64,000 bases of DNA from Candidatus Caldarchaeales archaeon (GCA_039630055.1 JBCNVN010000001.1:75410-139409); one strand, 5' to 3'; counted from the stretch's first letter, positions 50,586 through 61,146 are shown. Program-made: numbers and translations. Notes: generated by a model not told the origin, from the sequence alone.

Positions 50586-51226
50586 TCCTCTTCACCATAT
50601 GCTGCGCTCCAAAATAGGTATTCATATTTTGTAGAGAGCTCGAAATATGGCCACATCTCTTCTATGGATAAGCTGGAAGAGTCGACCTCGCTCTTAAATA
50701 CCTCGACTATCTCCCTATATTCTTTCGTTAGATAGGCTGTTGCCCACTTCTTATAGAGGGCTGATGGATTTGATTCTAGCTTGTCTCTATGCTTTTCCGC
50801 GATCTCTTGATATGTCCAATAGCATGGTAGTAGTGATGCGATAGTAGTCCAATAGTCTTTTGAGTAGCTTGTAGAGATAAGATAATTCATGTAGGCGATA
50901 TTTGTAGGGTTTGGAACCGTGTTTACCGCATCTCTTATTGAGAGCCCCATCTCAGAGAGGAGTTTTTCATAATTCGCCATCTCTCCCTCTACAGTCATAT
51001 ATGCTAACTTTAACGCTATCTTGGAACGGTTGATATCAGGCGCTTTAGCTGAAACTATGCTTAAAACCTTAACGATACTTGTAAGATAGTTGTAGTCTTG
51101 GAGGATATAGTACTTGAACTTAGAGTATGGTAAAACCCCAGAGTAGAGCTCTACAACGAATGGATGTTCAATTATCTTCTCCCATATCTTGGAAGCCCGT
51201 TCCCTCAGTATAGATGATCTACCCAT
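50573..51226 (-). CDS. tenA: thiaminase II / aminopyrimidine aminohydrolase TenA
   Basis: 217 aa. 'HPFVVELYSGVLPYSKFKYYILQDYNYL' TenA N-terminal signature and 'CYWTY' active-site Cys region. Confidence 0.65.
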   Translation of the reverse strand: MGRSSILRERASKIWEKIIEHPFVVELYSGVLPYSKFKYYILQDYNYLTSIVKVLSIVSAKAPDINRSKIALKLAYMTVEGEMANYEKLLSEMGLSIRDAVNTVPNPTNIAYMNYLISTSYSKDYWTTIASLLPCYWTYQEIAEKHRDKLESNPSALYKKWATAYLTKEYREIVEVFKSEVDSSSLSIEEMWPYFELSTKYEYLFWSAAYGEEEWVT

Positions 51227-51268
51227 CTCTCTACACTAGATTTTAACTTTTAGACCATATATCTCTTT

Positions 51269-53125
51269 CTACCTGAAGCTAGGTCTCTTTGAAAGATGCT
51301 TGGGTAAAGTAAGCGGTCTGAATGGTTTTCCCTCCGTATCTTTCTTCAATTTCATAATGAGCTCATCTAGATTCATGTACTCGATTCTTCCAGTCTCCCT
51401 AATCCTTACCGAGAGTTTTCCCATCTCTCTTTCTTTATCACCGAAGACCACTATGTATGGTATCCACTCTACTTCTGCATCTTTAATCTTCTTATCCACA
51501 GTCTCTTCCCTATCATCGATATCTACTCTAATCCTTCCATCTTCCAGAATTTTAAGAATTTTTTGAGAATCTTCTAGATGTCTCTCTGCAACAGGTATTA
51601 TCCTCACCTGTGTAGGCGACAACCATACAGGTAGCATGGGTTTCCCACCACTCTGCATTATCATGTACGATTTTTCAAGTAGTGCATAGATAACTCTTTC
51701 TATCGCACCGCTTGGAGAGCAATGTAAGATTATTGGATACTTCTTAACTCCGTCTTCATCTACGAATGTTATTCCATATTGTTTAGAGTTTTCTATATCT
51801 ATCTGGTCCGTTGATAGGGCGGCAGCCTTCTTCTGGCTATCTATAAAATTGAGCTCCCACTTTAGTATGAAGTAGAAGAATTTCTCCTCCCACATCTCTG
51901 CAAGAACTGGTTTACCGAACTCTCTTACAAGCTCATGTATGAACTCTTTATTTTCATGATAGAATTCTTTTGTAAATCTAATCGCCATCTCCAAGTCATC
52001 TTTAGTTAACCCTATTCCTTCAAGTACTTCCAAGCTTAGTCTAAGCCTCTTCTTCATCTCTACTTTTGCCTGCTCAATATCTTTACAGAATGCATGAACA
52101 TCAGGCATTGTAAAAGCTCTAAGTCTTTTTAGACCTGCAAGCTCTCCACTCTTCTCCCTCCTAAAACTGTATCTAGTCAATTCATATAACCATAATGGTA
52201 GATGACGGTAAGAGATAACCATATCACTAGCCATCAAGAACTGTCCAAAGCAAGCTGCAAACCTTAAGAAGTATTCTTTATCTTCGCTCTTAATAATGTA
52301 CTGTCTTGCGGGGAACCTATTCAGATACCTCTCCAAGCTTGGATGATGCATATCGTACATTATAGGTGTCTCAACCTCTATTCCACCATACTCGACCACT
52401 TTCTCTGTAACATACTGTTCTAGAAGAGATTTTATGAGCCTACCTTTGCCCGGCCAACGCATATTTCCAGGATCGCTACCGCTCTCATAATCTGCTATCT
52501 CTAGCTTTCTCATCAATTGGACATGGGGTGGCTGCTCCAAGACGGCTCTAGACTTAGAGATCTCGTAACGTGCTAGATTCTCCAAGTTTCCATAATTTTT
52601 GAAATCGAATTCTTGGATAGGGATCATTTCACCCTCGGGTTTTATTATGAACCAGTAAGACTTCAGCTTCTCCTCCATTAAGAGGGCTTTCGAGACCGGT
52701 TCCTCCCTCTTAGATGTAAGACCTCCATAGCTTCTAAGCTGTTCAGCGAGAGGATGACCCTTAACCGCTACTACTAGTCGTTTATTCCATCCAAATGGAG
52801 CATTATGAACTTCAAAATTCTTTGATGCTTCTTCTCTAATCTTCTTAATTATCGATAATGCTTTTTGAGGTGATGCTAGATCTGTACTCAGATGTGCATA
52901 GGGATATATTACAAGCTTCTCAATCTTCATCTTATCCATGAATTCGGCAACGTCTCTAACTAATTCTAGAGCTAAGCTTTCTTCATCATCTCTCTCGACG
53001 CTTACAAGAACTAGAAGAGCATCGTGGATCCTGTAAGTTCTCTTCTCTACATCTTCATATATGCTACTCTCTTTCTCTATAGGCTCGTATTCTACATAAT
53101 CGACATGAAGCTGAAGTATCTTCAA
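51269..53125 (-). CDS. thrS: threonyl-tRNA synthetase (archaeal type with N-terminal editing domain)
   Basis: 618 aa. N-terminal archaeal editing-domain-like region, class II motifs ('FRREKSGELAGLKRLRAFTMPDVH'), C-terminal anticodon-binding domain. Confidence 0.9.
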   Translation of the reverse strand: MKILQLHVDYVEYEPIEKESSIYEDVEKRTYRIHDALLVLVSVERDDEESLALELVRDVAEFMDKMKIEKLVIYPYAHLSTDLASPQKALSIIKKIREEASKNFEVHNAPFGWNKRLVVAVKGHPLAEQLRSYGGLTSKREEPVSKALLMEEKLKSYWFIIKPEGEMIPIQEFDFKNYGNLENLARYEISKSRAVLEQPPHVQLMRKLEIADYESGSDPGNMRWPGKGRLIKSLLEQYVTEKVVEYGGIEVETPIMYDMHHPSLERYLNRFPARQYIIKSEDKEYFLRFAACFGQFLMASDMVISYRHLPLWLYELTRYSFRREKSGELAGLKRLRAFTMPDVHAFCKDIEQAKVEMKKRLRLSLEVLEGIGLTKDDLEMAIRFTKEFYHENKEFIHELVREFGKPVLAEMWEEKFFYFILKWELNFIDSQKKAAALSTDQIDIENSKQYGITFVDEDGVKKYPIILHCSPSGAIERVIYALLEKSYMIMQSGGKPMLPVWLSPTQVRIIPVAERHLEDSQKILKILEDGRIRVDIDDREETVDKKIKDAEVEWIPYIVVFGDKEREMGKLSVRIRETGRIEYMNLDELIMKLKKDTEGKPFRPLTLPKHLSKRPSFR

Positions 53126-53351
53126 TTATTAACACCTATCTAGAATCTTATCTTAACATTACTTTAAAAGCTTTCCATCACTCAACATATATCTACGAGA
53201 GCTCTAAGATGAGATACTATTAAATAGTATTCTAGATAATCCGGTGAGACAACAAAAATATCGAGGATTCAACGGTCACATGTATACCCATTGTAGAATA
53301 AGGTTACTCTTAAAAGAATAATAATAAGTGAGCTCGTAAAAGGTTCTATAA

Positions 53352-54926
53352 ATGGTGAGAGATAGGCTTATTCCTCGGACCATGGCCTCTCAACATCCGG
53401 ACAATGCTAGGACACCAAGCTGGAGTCGTAGTGAAGTAATAGCTGGTGAAGAAGAAGTTTACGAAGCATACTATTGTTATTCTGTGCTAGGTTGTCAAGA
53501 AGTAATGTGGGATGCAGAAGGTAAAGATATAGATCCACAGGTTGTGAGAAAACTCTTAACTAATTTCAGCGACTACTTTAGAAAGAAGAAGCTGGGTGAA
53601 GATGTGTTTTTAACGCTAAGATTGCCGAATCCAATGATAGAGACTTCTGAGAAGAAGGTCTTTATAGAGACGCTTGAATCAATACCTAAACATAATGATG
53701 TAGCCGGCGTCTTCTATGGAGAACCCTCAACCGACTACGTATTCGAAGTAATCTTTCCATTTACAGCTAGTCATCATGATCTGATAAGAGTTAAAGAAAC
53801 ATATAGAAAGGCTATTGTAAGACCTTTAGATGAGCAGGTCGATTATCATGGTCTCAAGCTTAAGGAGCTTGTTGGAGAAGTCCATCCAAGAGATATAGAG
53901 GTTATCCCTCTACTAGAAGACATGGCCACGATGATGATATGCGACCAGATAGTATCTAGATACATAGAATTGACCTCACCAAGCTATGTAAGAGTTTTTA
54001 TCGCAAGGTCAGATCCTGCCTTAAACTATGGCATAGTATCCGCTGTACTACTAGCTAAACTATCCCTATCTAAATTATCGAAGATTGAAGAGAGATTCGG
54101 TATACCGATATACCCTATAATAGGAGCAGGATCCCTACCTTTTAGAGGTCATAACTCTCCAGATAACATTGAAGGATTTCTAGAAGAGTATAGAGGGGTC
54201 TGGACGGTTACTATACAGTCGGCTTTTAGATACGATTATCCAGAAGAAAAAGTAGTCGAAGTTATAAGAAGATTTAACAGTTTGCTCCCATACGGAAGAC
54301 CAAGGGATATATCAGAGCTTGAGCCAGAAATATATCGATTGGTCCAGAAGTTCACATCAAGATATCAAGAATCTCTAGAGCTATGTATAGATGCCATAAA
54401 CTATGTGGCGACTTATATTCCAAGCAGGAGAAGCAGGAAGCTTCATATAGGTCTTTACGGATACTCTAGGAGAGCATTCGGTAAGTCTCTTCCAAGAGCA
54501 ATACCATTTACTGGAGCATTCTACTCGTTAGGTATTCCTCCAGAGTTTATAGGTTTAAGAATGTTAAAAGATTTGAGCGAGACGGAGCTAGATATCTTTA
54601 ATGAGATTTATACTAAGTTAAGAGAAGACCTAGAGCTAGCTGGTAGAAGGGTTGTATGGGAATCGATCTCATTATTTTCAGATTATAGAGATGAGCTATC
54701 AAGAAAAATCCCACCAGAATTCTTTAAAAAATTTATCCCATTATACTTGGAAGATCTAGAAACTGCATCTAACATCCTCGGAATAAAAATAGGACCTAGA
54801 ACATTGTCCGATAGAAGATATGCGAATACTATAGAAAACTTTGTAATCTCGCTTATCGAAGGAGAGCATGATAGAGCTAGAGAAGAGATTGTAGAGGCAG
54901 CTAAGATAAGGAGATCTATTGGATAG
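53352..54926 (+). CDS. ppcA: archaeal-type phosphoenolpyruvate carboxylase
   Basis: 524 aa. N-terminal 'IPRTMASQHPDN' hallmark of atPEPC. Length matches the archaeal enzyme of about 510-540 aa. Confidence 0.8.
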   Translation: MVRDRLIPRTMASQHPDNARTPSWSRSEVIAGEEEVYEAYYCYSVLGCQEVMWDAEGKDIDPQVVRKLLTNFSDYFRKKKLGEDVFLTLRLPNPMIETSEKKVFIETLESIPKHNDVAGVFYGEPSTDYVFEVIFPFTASHHDLIRVKETYRKAIVRPLDEQVDYHGLKLKELVGEVHPRDIEVIPLLEDMATMMICDQIVSRYIELTSPSYVRVFIARSDPALNYGIVSAVLLAKLSLSKLSKIEERFGIPIYPIIGAGSLPFRGHNSPDNIEGFLEEYRGVWTVTIQSAFRYDYPEEKVVEVIRRFNSLLPYGRPRDISELEPEIYRLVQKFTSRYQESLELCIDAINYVATYIPSRRSRKLHIGLYGYSRRAFGKSLPRAIPFTGAFYSLGIPPEFIGLRMLKDLSETELDIFNEIYTKLREDLELAGRRVVWESISLFSDYRDELSRKIPPEFFKKFIPLYLEDLETASNILGIKIGPRTLSDRRYANTIENFVISLIEGEHDRAREEIVEAAKIRRSIG

Positions 54927-54957
54927 GATAAGTGCTTGATCTATAAGGCTATCCGAT

Positions 54958-55073
54958 CGCCGGGGGTGGGATTTGAACCCACGAGCCCCGAAGGGGCATC
55001 GGCTTCCCTGTTCATTCTAACCATCTTCCCTAGATCTCGAGGCCGACCCTTTACCTGACTAAGGTACCCCGGC
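54958..55073 (-). tRNA. tRNA-Ser (anticodon CGA), type II, with about 31-nt intron
   Basis: Reverse complement GCCGGGG-UA-CCUU...AAGG-G-UCGGC-CUCGAG[intron]A-GCCGA-long variable hairpin UGCCCCUUCGGGGCUC-GUGGG-UUCAAAU-CCCAC-CCCCGGC-G. Confidence 0.7.
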
Positions 55074-55121
55074 CTATATCACCATGACTCCGACGAGTAT
55101 TTATTCTTAAAGAATAATACA

Positions 55122-55718
55122 CTATATCCTTGATGTAAATCCTTCAAGGTCTGGATAGATTTGTCCAAAAAACTGTATTAGTAGATATTCTATAGTGGCA
55201 GCTAGTAAGAGTAGTAATGCTGTAGCTCCAAGAGATATCAGTATCCATCTAGACTCTCTTCTAACATTTCTCCTAAATATACTATAAGTAAGTAGTATGC
55301 TTTCGGTGAAGGCGGTACCATATGCTAGAAACTCAAGAAGCCCATAGAAGGTTAATATGGTTAGAGAGATCAAGAGGATAGATGGTACTCCAGTAGAATT
55401 AGCCACGACGCCTATCACTCTGCCTGTTACATAGATTATATATCCACCTACTAAAGGTCCAGCAACTGGGATAAACATTATTAGAGAGATTAAGAAGTTG
55501 TTGAGAAATATGTCTAATACAGTGTATCTTCTCTTTAAGATCTCTTCAGCTTCTCTCATTAGAGTTTTCAGCTCCTCGTCAGAGAAGGCGAGTATGGATG
55601 CAAAGTATAGAACTGAGAACAGTATAACAGTAAATATTAAGATTAATGCTATCCTCTTCTTAACCTCTATAACTCCACTCTGGATAATATTACCATGCAT
55701 CAAGCTTCTCGTCAACAC
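55122..55718 (-). CDS. SpoIIM/DUF95-like membrane protein
   Basis: 198 aa with 5-6 TM helices and the 'PVAGPLVGGYIIYVTGRVIG' Gly-rich core typical of stage II sporulation protein M homologues. Confidence 0.4.
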   Translation of the reverse strand: MLTRSLMHGNIIQSGVIEVKKRIALILIFTVILFSVLYFASILAFSDEELKTLMREAEEILKRRYTVLDIFLNNFLISLIMFIPVAGPLVGGYIIYVTGRVIGVVANSTGVPSILLISLTILTFYGLLEFLAYGTAFTESILLTYSIFRRNVRRESRWILISLGATALLLLLAATIEYLLIQFFGQIYPDLEGFTSRI

Positions 55719-56778
55719 TCCTCAAAATCTCTTCATATGCTTTGTTCTCTTGCTTAAGTTTTGGAATCGCCAACAATACCATAGGATCTACATCTCTAAG
55801 GACCGCTAAATAGAGACTTATGTAATCTACAAGGAGCAGCATTGACAATACTTCCTCTATCAGGACGCCTCCATCCAATTTCAGCTCGATATATCTATCT
55901 CCGAGATATCTTGATAATGCTCGGTAGACTCCCTCCACATGATTATCATAATGGGAGATGCGGGGAGCTATCAAGATCGAATCTTCATCGAGTGCTTCAA
56001 TATCATTATGGAGAGCTTCTGGAAGCTCTGATAGATGGGCGAAGATTTTAGAATTTTCATTTAATTGACATTTAAACCTATATGCTATAGGTAGAGTTCT
56101 TCCATAAGCATATATTATAGGGGTCCTGCCATATATTCGGGTAGCAGTATTCTTTGCCAAGTTATCTCTAGTTGGAATATTATAATCTAACTTTTCATGG
56201 AATCTTCTTACATCTCCTATAGAATCATGTAGGTTCTCAACCTTGATATCTAAACTCTCAAGGATGCCAAGTATGGCTCCAAAGGTATGTGGAAAAGAGT
56301 ATCTAGGCGGTATCCCTGGCTCAAGTAATACTATAGGAAGATTCTTCTTCTCAGCAAGCTTCTTCAACCTACCTCCTGATGTAACCACTATTATGTTGGG
56401 ATTACTATCTATGTTTTGTAGAAGAGTTGGAAACACTTCTGCACTATCCCCTGAATAGCTTACAGCGATTATTAATTTATCTGAAGATATTTTTATTGGA
56501 GTGTAATCTCTATGGACATGGATCTTAATCTCCTCGATGATGGATGATGCAACGTCTCCTGCTATAGCTGAACCTCCTATACCTAGATATACTATGCTCG
56601 AAGGTTTAAACATAATATATCTTCTTCCAAGATCTAAACCTAGCTCGACATATCTATTAAAAGAGTCTATGTATCTTCTAGTAATGTTAAATGCTCTCTG
56701 ATACCAGTCTCTAGAATAAGCCTCAGGATCATCTAAGATACCGATATTGTCCACCTCAACCATTGATAATCCCGCCAA
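55690..56778 (-). CDS. pgi: bifunctional phosphoglucose/phosphomannose isomerase (crenarchaeal PGI/PMI, SIS domains)
   Basis: 362 aa. 'VYLGIGGSAIAGD', 'IAVSYSGDSAE' SIS motifs. Domain order matches crenarchaeal PGI/PMI. Confidence 0.7.
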   Translation of the reverse strand: MAGLSMVEVDNIGILDDPEAYSRDWYQRAFNITRRYIDSFNRYVELGLDLGRRYIMFKPSSIVYLGIGGSAIAGDVASSIIEEIKIHVHRDYTPIKISSDKLIIAVSYSGDSAEVFPTLLQNIDSNPNIIVVTSGGRLKKLAEKKNLPIVLLEPGIPPRYSFPHTFGAILGILESLDIKVENLHDSIGDVRRFHEKLDYNIPTRDNLAKNTATRIYGRTPIIYAYGRTLPIAYRFKCQLNENSKIFAHLSELPEALHNDIEALDEDSILIAPRISHYDNHVEGVYRALSRYLGDRYIELKLDGGVLIEEVLSMLLLVDYISLYLAVLRDVDPMVLLAIPKLKQENKAYEEILRSVDEKLDAW

Positions 56779-57061
56779 AATATAATCATATACTTAGTTA
56801 ACTTGTATCATTGAGATTATCTCACTCTACTCTAAGTTAAAGAAGAAAAAATATGGAGTCTCATAAAGGTCTCGGAAAACCTCTGAAGCATTCTATATTA
56901 GACCAATCTCCATGTTCGAGATAAGTTATCGGAAGAGGGTAGTTCAGAGATATTGGTAAAGTATATTTAATCGATGGATTGGATCTATGAATTGAAAAAC
57001 AGATATGCATATATAGCATGAATTCTAGAATATAATCTTATTTTTCTCCCATTATATAAGC

Positions 57062-57556
57062 ATGGTTTTATCTTCAAGCGTCTCTTTAATGGATAAAGCC
57101 TACCAAGTTCATAGTTATCTAGACATGGGCCTTAATCGTCTTGAGAGGACTGTTGAAGAATTGAAACATAGAGTAGAGATGCTTGAATTAGCCCTTGATA
57201 CAATATTGAAAAAGATACCCGAGATAAGGATAGTCTTAGAAGTTCCAAAGGTGATATTAGAGAAGAAACCGGTCTATGTAAAGATAAGAAGTAGCGAGCT
57301 CCATGGAAGAGTTATACTACTCGCACTAGACGGGTTCTTGAATACTTGGAGAACTGCAGGAGATATAACATCAGAACTTGTTAGGAGAGGATGGGCACCC
57401 AAAGACTTTAAAGAGGTTAGACCAATATTGGAACATCTCGTATCTCTCGGGATCATTGAGAGGATCCGGTCGAATAGAAGAAGTAGAGGGAGGAGAGCCA
57501 AATGGTTGTATAAAGCATTTGATAATATTAGAGAGAAGGTGGAGTTGATACATTAA
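57062..57556 (+). CDS. hypothetical protein with coiled-coil and C-terminal wHTH-like region
   Basis: 164-aa ORF. 'ILEHLVSLGIIERIRSNRR' recognition-helix-like segment. Confidence 0.3.
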   Translation: MVLSSSVSLMDKAYQVHSYLDMGLNRLERTVEELKHRVEMLELALDTILKKIPEIRIVLEVPKVILEKKPVYVKIRSSELHGRVILLALDGFLNTWRTAGDITSELVRRGWAPKDFKEVRPILEHLVSLGIIERIRSNRRSRGRRAKWLYKAFDNIREKVELIH

Positions 57557-57668
57557 AGATAGATGTGGAAGAGGTGAGAAGAATAAGACTAATTACAAGA
57601 TGATATTCTCATCGTAATGTAGAAAACGGTAAGTAAATGGTTGATATCTATCTCTATATTTTTCAATC

Positions 57669-58202
57669 TTATATCGTTTCTTGTCCATAATCAGTTTTAG
57701 AGATCTGCCTCATCCTCTCAACCCCATTTATCATCTTAATATACTCTACGACAGAACTTGAAGTATAACTCTTCCAGTCTTCACCCTCGATCATCTTCTT
57801 CCTAATCAATGTTCCCACCAACTCATCTCTTCTATAGAGTTCTATGGACTTAACGGTGTAGCCTTCATCCATGAACAGTTTCTGTACAAGCGGATTATTT
57901 GAGTAGACTACATCGAATCTAGGTGTAAATGTTCTTACTCTTGAAACCCATAGAGAATGCTCACCGATGTCTGGTATCGGTATTAGGATCACCTTCTCCA
58001 AAGGAATGCCCTCCTCTTTAAGCATCAGCCTGATCATCTCTATTCTCTCCCCAGCTGTAAATGGATTCATGAGTGTATAGCTAAACTGTGCACTTCCGAT
58101 AACGATAATGAGCTCATCACATTCTTCAAGTATCTTTTTTATAGCTTTTAGATGACCGATATGTGGTGGCTGAAACCTACCTATAAATAATCCCCGCTTC
58201 AA
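57669..58202 (-). CDS. nadM: nicotinamide-nucleotide adenylyltransferase
   Basis: 177 aa. 'RGLFIGRFQPPHIGHL' (H/T)xGH motif. 'ISGT'-like region near the C-terminus. Confidence 0.8.
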   Translation of the reverse strand: MKRGLFIGRFQPPHIGHLKAIKKILEECDELIIVIGSAQFSYTLMNPFTAGERIEMIRLMLKEEGIPLEKVILIPIPDIGEHSLWVSRVRTFTPRFDVVYSNNPLVQKLFMDEGYTVKSIELYRRDELVGTLIRKKMIEGEDWKSYTSSSVVEYIKMINGVERMRQISKTDYGQETI

Positions 58203-58243
58203 AGATCATCCGCCTAAAAACCATTGCACCGATATTTTAGGTA

Positions 58244-59335
58244 TTAGCCTCTCTTCAAACCAACTCCCTCTATAGTTATCTTGGCAGGCTCACCTTCAGC
58301 ACCATCCACCTTTACATCTTTATTGGTGAATATTCTACATAGTTCGAGACTTGTCAATGTATGTTGAGTTAGATTTGTTACTCTATACTCAGATACACCA
58401 TCTGCCAGACATGCCCAGATAACAAGCTGGTCTCCCAGATGTCTATCTACTGGGGCACTCCTCTCTATCTCTTCTAGCAGTTCTCTGGAAGCTTCTTCAC
58501 CTATCTTCTCTGCAGGCACACCTTTCTCACCTAGTTTATCTACACCTATCACTGGACCATCATTCAATTCAGCGAATAGTACTATTCCGCATCCGGGGTC
58601 GAGAGAGCATTTAGGATCATTCGGTTGTAGAGCTTCCCTTATAATATCTACATCGTATCCCTCGTCTCCGAGGATCGTCTCCACAGTCTTCGCCATCCTC
58701 TCTACAATATGGCCTGGAAGTCTACAGCTGTAGCTGAGCCCTCTTATCTTCTTAACACCTTTAAAATCTACCAATCTTATAGGTTTCAATCTATCTACAG
58801 GCTTAGACTCCACCTTAACTATTCCTCCACCTCTAGGGTAGAAGCCTCTCTTGACTAGGTCTATCTCAAATCTTCCACCAGCCTCTCTTATAACAGGCAG
58901 TAAGACTTGTTGTAAATACTCTACAGGTGGGGCCATTGGATTATTTGTTCCTCCCCTAAGCTCTATAAAGACTGGACCCGAAGTAAAACACATTGTAGGC
59001 ATCAAGCTTTGGAGCATCAGAGTAGTACTTCCAGCCGTTCCTGCATCAAATCTGTGAGTACCTCCCTGGAGTCTCTTCATAGGTTTAAAAGTTATTTCTA
59101 GAGAGCCTACTGATAGGCCTGATACTTCAGCTGAAGCCAACGTAGCTACGGCTTTCACGGCCGTTAGATGCTGAGGTCTAAGACCAGGATTACTCCGTTT
59201 AACTCTAATATTCTTTATCTTTATAGGTTTAAGTAAGACTGCAGATAATGTTACAGCATTTCTCAGTATCTGGCCTCCACCTTCACCCATAGATCCATCG
59301 ATCTCTAACAGCATCTCTAGAGACTGAATCATCAA
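58244..59335 (-). CDS. rtcA: RNA 3'-terminal phosphate cyclase
   Basis: 363 aa. 'IDGSMGEGGGQILRNAVTLSAV' N-terminus and 'RPQHLTAVKA' with the catalytic His. Confidence 0.85.
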   Translation of the reverse strand: MMIQSLEMLLEIDGSMGEGGGQILRNAVTLSAVLLKPIKIKNIRVKRSNPGLRPQHLTAVKAVATLASAEVSGLSVGSLEITFKPMKRLQGGTHRFDAGTAGSTTLMLQSLMPTMCFTSGPVFIELRGGTNNPMAPPVEYLQQVLLPVIREAGGRFEIDLVKRGFYPRGGGIVKVESKPVDRLKPIRLVDFKGVKKIRGLSYSCRLPGHIVERMAKTVETILGDEGYDVDIIREALQPNDPKCSLDPGCGIVLFAELNDGPVIGVDKLGEKGVPAEKIGEEASRELLEEIERSAPVDRHLGDQLVIWACLADGVSEYRVTNLTQHTLTSLELCRIFTNKDVKVDGAEGEPAKITIEGVGLKRG

Positions 59336-59579
59336 GCCTATTTTTAAATTAGACTCTCTTGAAATACTATACCTTATGATCTTTCAGAAAGACAAGTAAA
59401 TAATAAATGACCTAGAACCTTCCTCTACATATACTGAAAAATGCTCTCCACCTTATAGTATCGGTAGAATCTACCTAATATATTCAAGATTTAGTGTAGG
59501 CAGAGAATAGCTTAAGATAAAAAGACTATTTCCAAGTTATAGGTTATATAAGTGATCAGGATCGATATAGTGGAGCTCT

Positions 59580-60386
59580 ATGAGTAATTTAACTCCGATA
59601 ATTGCTTTAATTACAGACTATGGGCTTAAAGATACATACGTGGCCCAGCTTAAAGGGGTAATCCTCTCATATAGAAGAGACGTCATAATAGTAGATGTAA
59701 CCCATGAGGTTGAACCTTTCAACGAGCTTGAAGCAGCATTTCTCCTATTAACCTATGTGAAATATATGCCTCCCGAGACCATCCATCTCTGCATAGTCGA
59801 CCCTAAAGTCGGAGGTGAGAGGAGACCGATAATAATTAAAACCGTTAGGGGAGACTGCTTTATAGGTCCGGATACAGGGATCATGGCCCCAGCCGCAGAG
59901 AGTCTAGGCATCATGAATATCTATGAGATTGATCAGTCTATGCTTCCGAAGAGATTTAGTGAAACCTTTCATGGGAGAGATGTCTTCGCACATGCTGCAG
60001 GTAAGCTTTCTATCGGATTAAGCTTGGATAAGATCGGCAAGCTTATATCAGACTATGAGCGTATAGAGATCCCTAAACCCCTCTTTAGAGAAGACTTTAT
60101 CGAGTCTACAGTATTACATGTGGATAGGTTCGGGAATATAATAACAAACCTCAAGTACAATGAGATAAACGTTGGGTTCGGAGATATAGTTGAGATATAC
60201 ATGCCTGATACTGTCGTAAGATGCCCTCTAGTCCAATATTATAGTAGAGTGGAGGAAGGGTCCCTGCTTACAACTATTGGAGGATCAGGCTACTTAGAGA
60301 TCTCCATCAATAAAGGAAGAGCCTCTGAAAAACTCCGTCTTAGACCTGGAGATAGACTTAAAGTCAAACTAGTTAAAAATATTTAA
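59580..60386 (+). CDS. SAM hydroxide adenosyltransferase (DUF62, chlorinase/fluorinase-like)
   Basis: 268 aa. 'IALITDYGLKDTYVAQLKGVI' N-terminal signature of the DUF62 family. Confidence 0.7.
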   Translation: MSNLTPIIALITDYGLKDTYVAQLKGVILSYRRDVIIVDVTHEVEPFNELEAAFLLLTYVKYMPPETIHLCIVDPKVGGERRPIIIKTVRGDCFIGPDTGIMAPAAESLGIMNIYEIDQSMLPKRFSETFHGRDVFAHAAGKLSIGLSLDKIGKLISDYERIEIPKPLFREDFIESTVLHVDRFGNIITNLKYNEINVGFGDIVEIYMPDTVVRCPLVQYYSRVEEGSLLTTIGGSGYLEISINKGRASEKLRLRPGDRLKVKLVKNI

Positions 60387-60426
60387 GAATTGGAAAGAGT
60401 AGTGATGGATGGAGAAGGGTGGTTGA

Positions 60427-61032
60427 ATGGCATTCCAATACCCATACCCTGGAGCAACCACTATCGGATTAAAAGGTAGAGATGCAATAGTTCTAGCTTC
60501 TGAGAAGAGGCTTACATATGGACATTTTGTAGTAAGTAAGACTGTTAAGAAAGTATTCCAGATTACTCCAAAGATAGGGATAGCATGTGCAGGTTTTGTT
60601 GGAGATATGCAGAATCTAGTAAGGAGTGCTCAAGCCGAGATAAACCTCTACAGATTCTCATATCAGAAAGAGCCTGAGGTAAGGACTGTGGCTAAAGTTT
60701 TATCGAATTATCTATTTAGCAGCAGGTTTTTCCCATACTTGGCTGAGAGTATTGTTGGAGGATTCGATGATACGGGAGGCCACGTGCTGGTACTCGACCC
60801 ACTCGGATCAATACTTGAAGATGATTATGCAGTAGTAGGTTCTGGCGCAGAGATAGCGATTGGGGTCATAGAGCTCTCATATCGACCAGACCTAAATGAG
60901 AATGATCTTAGAGATTTAGCGATCAAAGCCATAAAAGCATCCATATCGAGAGATGCAGCAAGTGGAAATGGGATAGACTTTCTACTAATTACAAATAATG
61001 GTATAAAGATGGCCGAAACAATACAAATCTGA
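60427..61032 (+). CDS. psmB: proteasome subunit beta
   Basis: 201 aa. Propeptide then 'TTIGLKG' active-site Thr. 'GSGAEIAIGV'. Confidence 0.9.
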   Translation: MAFQYPYPGATTIGLKGRDAIVLASEKRLTYGHFVVSKTVKKVFQITPKIGIACAGFVGDMQNLVRSAQAEINLYRFSYQKEPEVRTVAKVLSNYLFSSRFFPYLAESIVGGFDDTGGHVLVLDPLGSILEDDYAVVGSGAEIAIGVIELSYRPDLNENDLRDLAIKAIKASISRDAASGNGIDFLLITNNGIKMAETIQI

Positions 61033-61146
61033 TGGGTTAGACTAAAGTTAACCCCTCCTTTTAAAATTTGAGAACTTGTATAACTATTCTCCTCTATAAA
61101 AACTTTCCTCAATTTATTTTGTACATTAACTAGTAGTTGAAAAATA

